Assembly: GCF_036321535.1 (NCBI RefSeq)
Contig: NC_087436.1
Span: 78,060,001 to 78,124,000 of the forward strand
Length of the DNA: 64,000 bases
From: Camelus dromedarius
Lineage: Eukaryota
Reading direction: 5' to 3'
Numbering within the stretch: the first letter of the stretch is position 1; each line of letters starts with the position of its first letter. Position numbers and translations under genes: made by a program. This document shows, in pieces, positions 37,429 to 50,892 of this stretch. The notes below the pieces were generated by a model. The model saw nothing but the letters and a program-made list of their open reading frames with translations. It had not been told where the DNA came from and made no database searches.

Positions 37429-39372
37429 ATGCTCCGTGTACACATTCCATAGGTAACTGCCCGTGGCTCAGAAGAGTCTTAGGAAGGCTTGCACTTAGCC
37501 TCAAATTTTAAACTTCCCTCTTCTGCTGAACGGGAGGTAGGCAACAATAATTCATTCCACATGCCAAGTGTTCTTGACCTTAGTTAATTCATACCATTGA
37601 CCCTCTGCCCCGAGAGTTGTCATCTGAAAGTATGTATTATGAAAATAAACATTCCTAATTATGGCTGTTTCTATAAAATGACAGTCAGTTCAGTGGAGAA
37701 GGAAATTAATCTAAGCTCTTCACTGTGTGCAAATCAAACACCCAGGCATTTCTTTGGAAGCAGATCCTCAAAAAGTACTTTTTAGGATCTCTTCAATACC
37801 TTCTCTTTCACCTTGTCCTGGTGCCACAAGGCAGAACAAGTTCCTAAAATCTCTGGGAAGCAAGTATGATTCATTGGGCCTAAGCTATTAGTCCCAACAA
37901 TTGCCTGCATCCGGTTTAGACCATCTCTGTCTTTGATCAAAACTGTCAGCATTTTCCTTCCTCTGTGCTTTAGTCATACACTGTTGAGATGATCGGTGGA
38001 TCTGCTCTCCAAAGCAGGCCAGCCAATGATATCTTCCAACTAGGCAAGAATTCACCCTGTTAGATCTGGATGTGATGCAATCCCCAGAGGTGTTTGGCAG
38101 GGAAGAAAAAAAGGTAAGCATTCATTCCTGAGAGCTTTGTCATTTCCACCTACTTCTGATTCCTCAAAGGGACAGGTATCCCTGAATACCCTTAAAAGAG
38201 ACAATGAATAGAGGCCCTGAGAAGTGTATTTGAGCAAGGGGTATGACAGACCCACTGGGGAATGTGGTTCAGGGAGGTTCTTATTTCTCTTTGATATTTC
38301 TATTTTTAGAAGCAACATTAAAACTTAAAAAAAATACAAAGATGTTCAAATTAAGTAAGAAACCCACGGAGATGTTACTGGTTTGAAGATAGAGACCAGG
38401 AGGTTGTCTTCTCTATGGCCAGGGAAGATGGTATTCGGACCCTTATCTTCTTATTCCCAAACAGTGTGATGAAATTCAGTGCAGTGAGCTGCAGGTGGCA
38501 GCTGAGAGAGAACAGAGGTGGGTAGAATATCTTTCCTGGAGAAGGGTCTGGAATTCATCCTGTCTACCTCCCCCAGGCCAAAAGCCAAGCTCAACACTCT
38601 TCTGATCCTCAGAGCAACTGCCTTCTCTTCACTTCTTCCCTGGAAGAATCAAACCCAAGGTGGGTCCATACAGAACTGTTGTTTGGGCCTTCGTGCACCG
38701 CGGGGGCGTGCAGGAGGGCACGCACAAACACAGTGCATAAGGGGCGCAGGAGTTCATCAGCTGGTTTTGTCAACTGACAGTAGAGTTTTCATAGCTTGGA
38801 TGAATCAAATCCAAGGGGGTTTTGCCTATGAACTTATATATAGCCTCTAAAGCTATTTTAAGCTATATAATTCTGATGAATTAGCACTTGACTCACAAAA
38901 ACATTTTTTTCCTATGGGCCTAATACTGTGTGATAGTTATTTTCTCGTCTTTTTTTTTTTTTTTAAAGTTCTCAGCTTAAGAAATGGGAAGTGGGAAAAT
39001 AAACCAGAAAATCAAAAAATCCTAATTTAAGGCAGAATCTGAGTTGTACTAGTTCTGGCACAATGTATTTCCTGATTCTAACATCACAAATAAGATCCGT
39101 CCCGCGACTGATGTGAAGAAAATAAAGACTAGATTTAAAACAAAATGTCTGTGGGAGAAACGAATCTGACCCCAGTTGTTCCCTTAACCTTTTATAAATT
39201 GGTACTTGTGAAGAAGCAGCAAGAATGGAGAGTAACCCTTGGTCTTCTTATGAAACTTTGATTCATACTCCACACATCTCCAAAGTTCCAAGCTTCTCAA
39301 GCCTCTCTCCTGTGGTCCAATCTTTCCCATCTATTATTTGCTTCTCCCCTCCTCCCACGAGTGCAGGTATAT

Positions 39373-39374
<2 letters not shown>

Positions 39375-39406
<32 letters not shown>
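39375..39406. repeat. (GT)16 microsatellite
   Basis: Read directly. Confidence 0.98.
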
Positions 39407-39407
<1 letters not shown>

Positions 39408-39534
39408 TGTGTACTTTGCTCTTGCACTTTGTTTCAATGCTCTAGAAGCCAAGATGTGGTGGAAACCCTTCTTGGACCAGTAGCTCTCTCATTTCCCTGG
39501 CCATTCTTCATGCCCCTCCACGATACATAAGATC

Positions 39535-39755
39535 ATCATCACTTGCCATTTCTTGAGTGCCTTCCATGTCCCAGATATTGGCACTTTACATTTATCTCAT
39601 TTAATCATCAAAATAGGCACATGATGTAGCCAGTTCACCTCCAGTATACAGCCAAACAACCGAGGCTCAGAGGACAGAAGTCAGGCAGCTGGGGAGTTGT
39701 GGTTTCAAGATTCAGACTCAAGGCTTACTGATTCCAAAGCACACAATTTTTCTTC
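39535..39755 (-). mobile_element. MIR SINE
   Basis: ttcttgagtgccttccatgtcccag...ttatctcatttaatc...accgaggctcagag...ctgattccaaagc. Confidence 0.7.
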
Positions 39756-40479
39756 TACATTTTACCTTCAGGAATAGACAAGGCCTGGGAGTGTAATGAA
39801 TCTAAGGCACATTTTCTCTATTTTCCTTCAACAAATCAACCCTAATGGCAGAGAAGAGTGAATGTATGTGGATATGTGGGTGTGAGCGCATGTTAGGAGG
39901 GAGAGAGGTACAGTATGCTTTTGAGGATGTCAGTCTGAAGCATTTGGCTACGGGCACATAACTTCTTTGAAGCCTTCTATTTATCTAAAAATTCGTTCTA
40001 ATTTTACATTCTATTCCACAATATATTCATGCTTGCTGTAATATTAAAGGAAGGATTAAAAATACTTGCTGTTGGCTAAATTAATGCTCTAGGAAGATGT
40101 ACCCATATTTATCTTGCAGGTCTGTGGATCCCAGACACCTTGTTATTGCCCTTGGGATTACTGTAACCCGGGGTAAAAGGTAGGAAAAAAAATCCATTTC
40201 CATTACTGAAAATACAACTAAGTTCATTCCTTTCAGACAGTGCACCAACAGCATATTATTTGCACCTAAAAAGCAGCATGTTACTACTAATGATCAGAAG
40301 GTGGATTCTGCATGCTTAGGAGGACGGGGATGATGGTAGATAAGAACAATACAGTATGACTTTTGATCACTGGGCATGACTTCTGCAGCCTAAACCAACC
40401 AGTTTTTTAAAATTTAGCACAGAGAATCAGTTAAATGCTAAACTCCTAGCAGGGCACATATAATTATGAGATACAGAGG

Positions 40480-40890
40480 CAATGTGATAGAGTGAGATGA
40501 GCTTTGAACAGGGGCTCAAGATCTGGGTTCTAGATTCAGATCTGCTATCAAATTTTGATGTGAGTTCTGATGGGTGCTTAACCCTGTGTTTGCATCTATA
40601 AAATGGAGCGCCTGGTAGTGAGCTAATGACTCTGATATGCCATCCATGAACCCTCTACGAATCATCTACAGTATCTGTCTAATGAATAGTGACTAGTGAA
40701 TAGAATACAGCCATTAGGATCGGATAGATCAGAATCTGAATCCCAGTGGAGGCATTTAATAGATTTGGGAGCTTCTGCTTCTCTGTGTGAAATGAGACAT
40801 AACTTACAGGTCATGGAGAAAGTTAAATGAGGAAACACTTGTAAAAATCTACCACGGTGCCAAGACAGATAGTTGGCACTCAGTAATGTT
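40480..40890 (+). mobile_element. Two MIR/MIR3 fragments
   Basis: tcaagatctgggttctagattcagatctgct...catctataaaatgg and gagaaagttaaatgaggaaacacttgtaaaa...ggcactcagtaatgttagct. Confidence 0.65.
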
Positions 40891-41019
40891 AGCTATATTT
40901 CGACCATATTTGTTACCTAGATAACAAAGAGATGGAGGAGACGCGTTCAGGCTGTTCTGCCGAGTTACCGGTTTCATCGTAAGTTTAAATGTTACAATCT
41001 GCTTTGTATTAGGTCCTCT

Positions 41020-41265
41020 TGTCATGCTCCCTTGGCACCATGTAATTTTTCTTCATAGCATTCACCACAAATTATAACTAGGTACTTACTTCTATGATTC
41101 TAGGATTATTAATATCTCCCTTCTCATGCTGCTCTAAGCCCTGTGAGGGCAGGGACCATGTTTTCTCACATCTGTATTCCCAGAATCTAGCATAGCGGCC
41201 TGAGACAAACTAAGTGCCCAATAATTATTGGCCAAATGGATGAATGGATGAGTGAATGAATGAAC
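41020..41265 (+). mobile_element. L2 3' end
   Basis: ctaagccctgtgagggcagggaccatg...tgtattcccagaatctagcatag...gaatggatgagtgaatgaatgaa. Confidence 0.85.
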
Positions 41266-41649
41266 AGTCCTACGAAATCTTTGTCCTTATCTCACCTAAT
41301 CTACAGAGATCACGAGGAAACTTACTTGTTCAGTCCCACCTGGATTATTGACCCTGACCGTTCGACATAGGTCATTTCATGCACAATGTACAATGTTCAG
41401 TTGTAGGCCATTCTGCTATTGATTCACACAGCTGCCAGCTTTTAGAACTCCCACCAAACTCCTACCCACCATGGCTCAGATTGTGCCACATCCACCCACC
41501 TACGTGGCTGCCCAATAAAAAACCTTTATCCACTCATAGCATTAATGAGGAAAGCTCTATTGCCATTGTGTTTAACGAAAAATGACAGGGTATTTCTTGC
41601 ATTTTGTTTTTTAATGCTCTAAATTGATGGTCATTCGTCTGTAAAGTGT

Positions 41650-41810
41650 ATCAATAACATCTGGGAACTTGCTTAATACGCAGATTCCTGGGTCCCACCC
41701 TCAGATATTCTGATTCGTAACATCTGGTGCGTGGCCTAGGGATCTGCATTTTAAACAAGCTCTCCAAGTAAGATGCAGGAAGACTGGTCCACCTTTTGAG
41801 AAACAATATT
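41650..41810. mobile_element. MER5A-like MITE
   Basis: gcagattcctgggtcccaccctcagatattctgattc...atctgcattttaaacaagctctcca. Confidence 0.8.
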
Positions 41811-43164
41811 TTAAAGACTGCACTGAAAACCATTATCGTACATTTCCTTAATGGCATTCATGCAGCTAACATATTTTGAACCAATACTCCTGAGATGCAA
41901 TTGGATATAAACTCTTCTGAACTTTTTGCTGGTGTCCTAAAAAGTTGGCAGAGACAAAGTTCTATATTAAGCACATTCAGAAGGGACAGTTACACTTTTC
42001 GATCCTTTAAAAAGTTGAATATAAATATCTTTTGGAACCTCAAGGTTTTAAATTACTGCCAGTTACGAAGGTTGCTGTTTAATTCAACAAAAAGAGAAGA
42101 GACTATTAAATACCCAGAACTCAAAAATGGTCATTTCCAGTGGCCAAGGAGATAACCGTAGTGCTGAGCACTGTTCACTCTGCTCTGGGAGACTTTGAAG
42201 GAGTAATGAGGGTGCCTGAGACTCTCATATCTCAAACCTCACCCATGCTGATGGGACATTCCACATGCTACGGTCACAAAGGAAGTAAAAGTTCTCGCTG
42301 TTGACAGATGGTCATCAGTTGTGTCTAAATGGCTTTGAGGGCAGTGAATAAAGTCCATGTGGACTGTAATAGGCTGAAGGGAGTGAATCTCTGAAAAGTC
42401 AAAGTGCAAGGCATCGCTGCCTTTTAAAGATTATGCATGTGACGTATCTCCCAACTTAAATAGCCCCAGTCTACAAGGGCTAAAGCTATTTTACTTCTAG
42501 ACATCTCCCACACACCTGAGAATAAGATATCAAGCTACATAGTGTAATTCTATCTCTAATTCAGAACCTGAATTTCATGTCTTGGGAGATGTATAAAAGC
42601 CCTACATCAACCCTTAGCTTTCTACAAAGATAATAATTTAGGCTATCACCAGACACTTGTCTAACCTGTAATTTCGCCCTACTTCATTTCATTTTGTCTC
42701 CATGAATATGTAGAGAGCAGTGTTCGCCAGAGTGCTGGAGAGCAATACAAAAGAGCATGCATTTAATTATTCAGGTGGAGGTAGAGGGGAGAGAGGGAAC
42801 ACAGGTGCTCGAAGGCGGCAAGGCCCTCGCATTGGAATCTACTTCCTCCTTCATTTCACCCTGCTTAATTACAGACCATCTATTGTACTCAGTGCACCAA
42901 GCAAGGGGTTCCAGAAGGCAATTAGGGGAAAGAGGGAAAAGGCTATTAACATAGCTGATGGGAGAATACCAGGGACTGGCATGAGGAAGGGGGACAGGAG
43001 GCATGTACACTGAAGGAGAATTCATAATCGACTTTGTTCTACTCATTTATTCAGAGAGAGTGGTACCAGCAGTATTTTCATCCAGCCATGTAGATGTTAC
43101 TATGTGTTTTAAGCAATGGAAAGCCTCCCAGGTTCCTTTGGGTTCTGTCTCCTTTGTGGGCATT

Positions 43165-43600
43165 GATTCATTTATTTAACTCGTTCAGAGAAAGCATTCA
43201 TTGAGCACTCACTACATAATAAGGATTTGCTCTTGGCACATAGGATACAATAGAGTAAGATACATTTCCATCCTTAAGCAGTTTCAAGTCTACTGGAAGA
43301 GACATACCAGTTGCAAGGGATGTCAATTCATTGTATCTTCCAAGTAGGATTGTGAGGGTCAAGGAAGGCTTCCTGGAACTGATACTCAAACTGCAATTCT
43401 AAGAACAGCAGAAGTTGGGAAGAGACAGTGAAGGAGACAAGGCAAGTAACAGATAAAGAAACGTCCAAGTAAATGCTTGGCAAAAGTGGAGAAGGCAGAA
43501 TCAACAGGGCTTGGGGAGAGAGGGAGTGTGTTGCTTGGAGGCAATTTCTGGAGGAAGAGAACAAAGATCTGTAGACTAGAAGGACAATTTCACTGTCTTC
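43165..43600 (-). mobile_element. L2 fragment
   Basis: attcatttatttaactcgttca...cattcattgagcactcact...gtcaaggaaggcttcctgga. Confidence 0.7.
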
Positions 43601-44245
43601 TCCCACTATTACTAGACCCAGTAGAACTCATATTCCCTCCTGGCACCTTGAGGTATTCTAACCAAGCAGCCAAGCTTTGAAGACTGACTTAATGGTGGTC
43701 ACATGTCCATTCACTTGTAGCCAAAGTAAATACAAATTATAGTTTCTTAATCTACCTACATACATCAAATTTTAAGGCTCTGTTTCCTTTTGGCCTGTCT
43801 TCTTTACTTCCTTCATTTCATACACAATGAACAATGATATTTCCAGTATTGCCTCCCCAGACAGATTTAATATTATCTCTGTGTGTTTATACTGTCTAGA
43901 TTAAACTAACTTTTAAAAAATCTCTCTCTCCAAGTTCTTCTGGTTTCATGTTCAGTTGTGTTTATACTCCTTTCAAAATTTTAAAAGTCTTTTTGATGTT
44001 TTTAGGAGTGGCCTATCTGGCTAGCCTGGTCTCTCCACCCTTTGCGGTTGATATGATCTATGCATTAAGTGCACAAATGCCAGGGCTTTGTACTGGCACC
44101 AAATAAAGCATGTTAAACAGATACATCCCTGCTCTTTAATTTACTTTGCTTAGGATGGGAGTTTAGAATCACTTACATTTCCCTGCCCAGTTTTCCAAGC
44201 ACTGCCAGGGAATAAATAAACTTTAGTCTGTAAGTAACTCATCTG

Positions 44246-44674
44246 TAATGGTGTGCTGGAACCAGTCCACACCAGCTCACAAGAACTGACTATTAAATTT
44301 TCAGGAAATTTGTGAGCCAGCTGTTAAACACGGCTGTTATTAAAAATTAAATTATATGCACTAACAAATAAACTATGTTTAAAATAAGGGTAATATATAC
44401 TAAAATCTTATCACTTCCTAATTATTTCACTACATTTTACTATTATCTATGGTCCTAAGTTTACTGATCTACTGTTTTTGGGTGGTGGTAACATTATGCA
44501 ATGGTATCTACCATGAATCTCTTCCCAACTCTGTGCTCAGAGATGCCATATTGGTAACTTAATAATGGCCATGGTGGGACTATTCACACTGCAAAACTGG
44601 CAAGCACTACAAATCAGGACTTATTTCTTTTTCTTCAGAGATTCAGTTTTTAAACCTTGACTCATGCACCACTG
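44246..44674 (+). mobile_element. MER63B-like hAT-Blackjack element, near full length
   Basis: Termini taatggtgtgctgg...gcaccactg; 8-bp hAT-type TSD ctcatctg (44238-44245) / ctcatatg (44675-44682). Confidence 0.85.
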
Positions 44675-47204
44675 CTCATATGGCATAAAGAGTGGGGAGA
44701 TTGGCTAGGAAGGAGCAAAATAGGGTTCTTAGCGGAAAAACAGTCAATTGTTTCTAATATGATGTAGAAAGTCCACTGAAATTATAGTCTAGGAAAGGAT
44801 CAGTGAAATAAAGCCATATTCTCTGAAGATATATGCATCTCGAAGTTAATAGATTTTTAAGGACAAGGACAATAGATTTTTAAGGACATGTTACTCCTTT
44901 TCCTTTTGCCATTAACAGAACAAGTGAATGTTAAGAGAAGAGACTACAGGAGTCTGAAGGGTGTAAAACCTGCTTAGGACATCAACCAACACACCCTTAT
45001 GTCCTGGTAGCAGCCTTTGTTGCATAAATTCTCCCAGACATTTGAGAAATCAAAGTAGATGAACTTGTTTTGTGGATTAAGGTAAAAATTATATTAGTAT
45101 TTCATAGTCAAAATTATTTCTTCTGAGCCTCTGCATTTCTAGGTGCTGTAAGTGGCATGTAAAATGGCATCTCTGTGCCCAAGAGAACACACAGGGCTGT
45201 TTAAGATGAAGGCACAGGGTAAGGGACAATCTCGTCAACAGCAACAATGCTAATGGTATGAGTGACTCTCAGCAGGGGGCCTCAATGGACCTCCTGGAAT
45301 TTCTTCAAGTCCTCGAATATCCTTGAAGTACAGTCAAGGAGCAAAGGCAAATATCCAATTGTTTGGGAGGGTAGCAGACATAGTGGGCTTCAATAATTTT
45401 CCTAAATTTAGGAATAGGCCATTAAAAAAAATAGGCCATAAAAAAAAAATAGGACCAGAGCCCCCAAACTCTTAGTCAGGGATAAAGTACACTGCCGAAT
45501 GATAAAGAATGGTGATTCCAAAGCCTCAGCTTTAATTCAAGCAAATTACTCTAATGGGTACATAAACAGTTTTTTATTTCTGAGATTTTCAGGAAGTAGG
45601 GAAATCTTCATTAAACAAACTAACTAATAAAAGACAGACTTGTGTATTTGAAGCTGCTCAGGGCATTTATCATGAATTCCGAAGTATGGACGTCAACATT
45701 ACAGTGACATGGGTGAACTTTCTCCTTAAGACTGTGTAGGCTTGAATAATTTTATGATTTCTGCTCGATTTAAAGATCTCTTGAAATTGATCCCATCAAA
45801 TGAAAATTATATAAAGTAGCCAGTTTTACAACTAGCTCTAAGCACTTCATACTAATATATTATGAGTTCATTGACTGGTAAGCAAAGTAAACCTTCCCAG
45901 TCCTGCCTAATGAGTGTGAATGAGGAAGGAATTTCTGGGTGCTTCCAAATATTCCCAGGCAGGGTGCATCAACTGGCCATTTGTTCCAACTGGTTATTAA
46001 TAATCAGGAGGAAAATATGAGATGCTGGGCCAAGGAACTGGAAAGAACTGACTCTCTGAAATCTTGTCTTGTTCAAGAGAATTTTCTACTTCTGATTCTG
46101 AAAATTAGAAAATACTCTTGCTGCTCTGACATGTGTTCTACGTTTCTCAGATAGAGGTGAAATGCATAGCTGGGGTTGACCCAAATAAGGCACCTGCACA
46201 GGACAGACATAGCTAATCTATTAGGATAAGCCTGAGTCTGAAACAACCAACGAGGGTACTCATTCCCACTGTGGCTGGATGCGTCTTACTGTTCTCAACA
46301 TTCTCCAGCACACTGCAACCAATGAACCTGAACCAGCGCTTGGGACAAGCCCAGACCTGATCCGACATTTGTATTTCGCTATCAGTGATAGCCAGAAAGG
46401 TTCCATAACTTGCTTAAAGTCACAGAACTAGTTAGTGGCAAAGCCAGAATCTGAAATTAAGTTTCTGGTGCTCTTTCGGCTGTGATGCACTACTCTACTG
46501 AAACCACAGAGGGTTGTGGTCTGTGAGCTGATGCAACCTAAATTCCCACCCGGAAGTGTAAGAATCCAGTTGATGGATACTATCAGGGCAGACTCTTTCT
46601 GAAAGGCATCTGCAGACATCTGATAGATGGAGCTGCTTATGAGTTGCTGCTCAGAAAAAAAAAAAAAATTAGTCCTTTTCTTTCCATACATGAATTACCA
46701 GTGTTTGTAGTATTAAAGTCAGGTAAAGAAATCAAACAGGCCAAAGATGGAGCTCTAGGATTAAGGAACTCTGCAATAATTTATTAGTTTATTTACTTAT
46801 GCAGAGTTGTGAATTGAATTACAAATAAACAAGTCATTTCAATCTTAATCCTTGCCTTGTAAATTGTGAAGACACAGGGTTGATGTGTGGGGGAATTTGG
46901 AGGTGAGATAGAAACTAGTAAAGAGGGAAATTTGACCTAGATTTCCTCAGAAGTACTCTCTTTGGTATTTTTGGGTGGGTGCCATCGGTCAGGACCAAGT
47001 CTCTGTTATTCTGACAACCTACAGTGCCTGTTTTGATCTGCTATGTGAGTCAACATTTTCAGCATTCCCAAATAATCATTAGAAACACTTCCCGAGAGCT
47101 CTCCATTTCTGCTTCTCCTTAACCATGTTTTTTAGCTGTTTTAGGCTGGAAGGTATTCATATGTTGATGACTGTGCCCAGCAAAACCAAGAGCAAGACTT
47201 TGTA

Positions 47205-47968
47205 TGACAAATGCTGGAGAGGGTATGGAGAAAAGGGAACCCTCCTACACTGCTGGTGGGAATGCAGTTTGGTGCAGCCACTGTGGAAAACAGTATGGAG
47301 ATTCCTCAAAAGACTAGGAACAGACTTACCATATGACCCAGGAATCCCACTCCTGGGCTTGTATCCAGAAGGAACCCTACTTCAGGATGACACCTGCACC
47401 CCAATGTTCATAGCAGCATTATTTACAATAGCCAAGACATGGAAACAGCCTAAATGTCCATCAACAGGTGACTGGATAAAGAAGATGTGGTATATTTATA
47501 CAATGGAATACTATTCAGCCATAAAAACCGACAACATAACGCCATTTGCAGCAACATGGATGCTCCTGGAGAATGTCATTCTAAGTGAAGTAAGCCAGAA
47601 AGAGAAAGAAAAATACCATGAGATTGCTCATATGTGGAATCTAAACAAACAAACAAACAAACAAACAAAGCATAAATACAAAACAGAAATAGACTCACAG
47701 ACATAGAATATAAACTTGTGGTTGCCAAGGGGGCATGGGGTGGGAAGAGATAAGACTGGGATTTCAAAATTGTAGAATAGATAAACAAGATTATACTGTA
47801 TAGCACAGGGGAAAATATATACAAGATCTTATGGTAGCTCACAGAGAAAAAAATGTGACAATGATATATGTATATTCATGTATAACTGAAAAATTGTGCT
47901 CTACATTGGAATTTGACACAACATTGTAAAATGATTATAAATCAATAAAAAAAAAGTTATAAAAAAAA
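47205..47968 (+). mobile_element. Young 5'-truncated L1 (ORF2 C-terminus, 3'UTR, poly-A)
   Basis: [20 protein letters not shown] motif; TSD aagagcaagactttgta (47188-47204) / aagagcaagaatttgta (47969-47985). Confidence 0.97.
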
Positions 47969-48862
47969 AAGAGCAAGAATTTGTAGATACCATCATAAAG
48001 GGCTTGCAACTCTCAGACACATGCAACCACATTGTTGGGACAGAGAGGACGAGTCAGTATCGCAGGCACAGCACATTCTGCCGGCTCTCAGAGGACTCCG
48101 AATGTAACAGCTGCCCACACGCATGAATAATATCCCGCCCTGGCCTCAAAAACACTGACATTTTTCTACCTCCACCCTTGGCAACAGGCCTTTCTCAAAT
48201 GTGCCACTTTGGTCTGAAATTTGCTTATGCTGTTTAGTATGACTCAGGAATTTCATATTTCCAAAGCCCAGTTAAAACTCAGACGTTTAAGAGGAAGAAT
48301 CCCCTAAAGGTGCTGGGAGGAATCTGTACATTCCTCTATTTTAGTGTTGATCATGTGACCCTTCTTTGTCTAAAAGTCAACTTGCAAAACTGCATCGATG
48401 TAAATAAGACTCCAAGTGAAAACGGTCAGTGCAGACAGTGGAATCCCATGGCCCCAGAATGTGATCCCATTTACCAGAACTATACCATTCAGTTGGCATT
48501 TTTATCAAAGGCATTCTCATGACTTTCACAAGCCAGTTACAGTTGTAATATTATTAGCAGGGTTATTTGCAGATTTTTTTCCCTTCAAAAATTCACATCT
48601 TGTTCAGAGAACAGCCTGTGAAAAGAAAAGTCTTAGGTATTTTTTATTTGATGCCAAATTGTACATATTATTTTGAGTGAAGAAAAATGAAGAAACAAAA
48701 ATCAGTGAACAGAGTCCCAAAGTACAGAAGGTAGAAGATTGAGTTTTCCACTAGTCCATTTCCTCGGTGTCTTAGAACTTCTATTCCTCCAGCCCTGAAA
48801 GTGTCCTGAGTCTCTGGGGATGCATGAGAAGAGTGGTGAAATCATGTTTAAGAATATTTGGA

Positions 48863-49832
48863 TACGACTCAATAAGAAAAAAATAAACAACCCAATCCAA
48901 AAATGGGCAGAAGACCTAAACAAGCAATTCTCCAAGGAAGACATACAAATGATCAAAAAGCACGTGAAAAAATGCTCAATATCACTAATTATCAGAGAAA
49001 TGCAAATCAAAACTACAATGAGGTATCACCTCACACCAGTCAGAATGGCCGTCATTCAAAAATCCACAAATGACAAATGCTGGAGAGGCTGTGGAGAAAG
49101 GGGAAACCTCCTACACTGCTGGTGGGAATGCAGTTTGGTGCAGCCACTATGGAAAACAGTGTGGAGATTCCTCAAAAGACTAGGAATAGACTTACCATAT
49201 GACCCAGGAATCCCACTCCTGGGCTTGTATCCAGAAGGAAATCTACTTCAGGATGACACCTGCACCCCAATGTCCATAGCAGCACTATTTACAATAGCCA
49301 AAACATGGAAACAGCCTAAATGTCCATCAACAGGTGACTGGATAAAGAACAGGTGGTATATTTATACAATGGAATACTACTCAGCCATAAAAACCGACAA
49401 CATAATGCCATTTGCAGCAACATGGATGCTCCTGGAGAATGTCATTCTAAGTGAAGTAAGCCAGAAAGAGAAAGAAAAATACCATATGAGATCGCTCATA
49501 TGTGGAATCTAAAAAACAAAAACAAAAACAAACAAACAAAAACAAAGCGTAAATAAAGGACAGAAATAGACTCACAGACAGAGAATACAGACTTGTGGTT
49601 ACCAGGGGGGTGGAGGGTGGGAAGGGATAGACTGGGATTTCAAAATTGTAGAATAGACTACACTGTATAGCACAGGGAAATATACACAAAACGTTATGAT
49701 AACTCACAGAGAAAAAAATGTGACAATGAGTGTGTATATGTCCATGAATAACTGAAAAATTGTGCTGAACACTGGAATTTGACACAACATTGTAAAATGA
49801 TTATAAATCAATAAAAAATGTTAAAAAAAAAC
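48863..49832 (+). mobile_element. Young 5'-truncated L1 (ORF2 C-terminus open to its stop, 3'UTR, poly-A)
   Basis: [21 protein letters not shown]...[22 protein letters not shown] motif; perfect 13-bp TSD aagaatatttgga (48850-48862 and 49833-49845) at a TT/AAGA endonuclease site. Confidence 0.98.
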
Positions 49833-50709
49833 AAGAATATTTGGAAATTACTCTTGCAGCTTGGAACATCATTTTGACTCAAGAGATGAGAGGACCAGTG
49901 AGGGTGGTCCACATTTTTCACAGTTAAGATACAAAATGTTTATAAAAGATATAAGCAGACACTCTATTTTTATTTTAAACTTCTCATAACCTCTCTTCTC
50001 ACAAGATTTTATGGTTTAAGTGATAATGGCCCCATTCCCAGTCACACAAAGTCCTTCCAGGTCAAGTTCTTCCCAGAGCAGTTTCAGCTCTAATTTGCTG
50101 TTTTGAACAAATTTGCTGTTACCAGCTCCATAACAGAAATTGGTGGAAAGCCCGCAGTCCAAAAGGCCAAAAGGAAACCAATGCAAAGGGGCTCTGCACG
50201 TGGACATCAAGTCTCCAGTCTGAGCTTGGCAACCCAGAGATCACAGCCAGTGGTGGAGCAAAGGAAGTAACTGAGAATGGAGGTCGAGAATGCAAAGGAA
50301 GAGGAGGATGAGCCCTAAGGACAGAGTACACTGAAAGCAGACAGAGAGGGAAGGAGGCCTTAAACACCTGGGCACACCTACAGGTATTTTTCCAACCCTG
50401 GCCTTGCGAATCAACTCCTACAATTCCAGTCCCTCAGGAATGTGGTCGTGATTCCTGATTTCAACTTCAACAGTGGGACAATCCAGTTCAACATTTCCCA
50501 ACGTTTCATTTCCTTACCACTTGTGTTACACAGGAAGATCTGAAGTAACACACACATTTAAAAATGCAATTTTAGCTGTCATGGGTTTCTTTCTGTATGT
50601 GTTAGGAAGTTAGAACATAAAACCTATCATTTCTTAGGTATTATTGCTCAGGACAAAGCTACATTTTAAAAAGTGCATCAATTTAAAGTAAAAAAAAAAA
50701 AAACCTGTG

Positions 50710-50892
50710 TAGATAAACAATAAGTTTCTTCCATATTGCACAGGAAACTATATTCAATATCTTGTAGTTACCTACAATGAAAAAGAAGATGAAAAGGAAT
50801 ATATGTATGTGTATGTAAGACTGAAATATTATGCTGTACACCAGAAATTGACATATTATAAGCTGACTATACTACAATAAAAAATAATTTTT
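50710..50892 (+). mobile_element. Short L1 3'UTR tail
   Basis: tagataaacaa...gcacaggaaactatattcaatatcttgta...gactatactacaataaaaaa; degenerate TSD aaaaaaacctgtg / aaaaaaatctatg. Confidence 0.9.

Noticed and set aside
48820..49512. 230-aa ORF (and the 193-aa ORF at 47125-47706) as host genes
   Set aside because: Both are L1 ORF2 C-termini within TSD-flanked, 5'-truncated L1 copies. The start codons come from flanking DNA and there is no endonuclease or RT domain.
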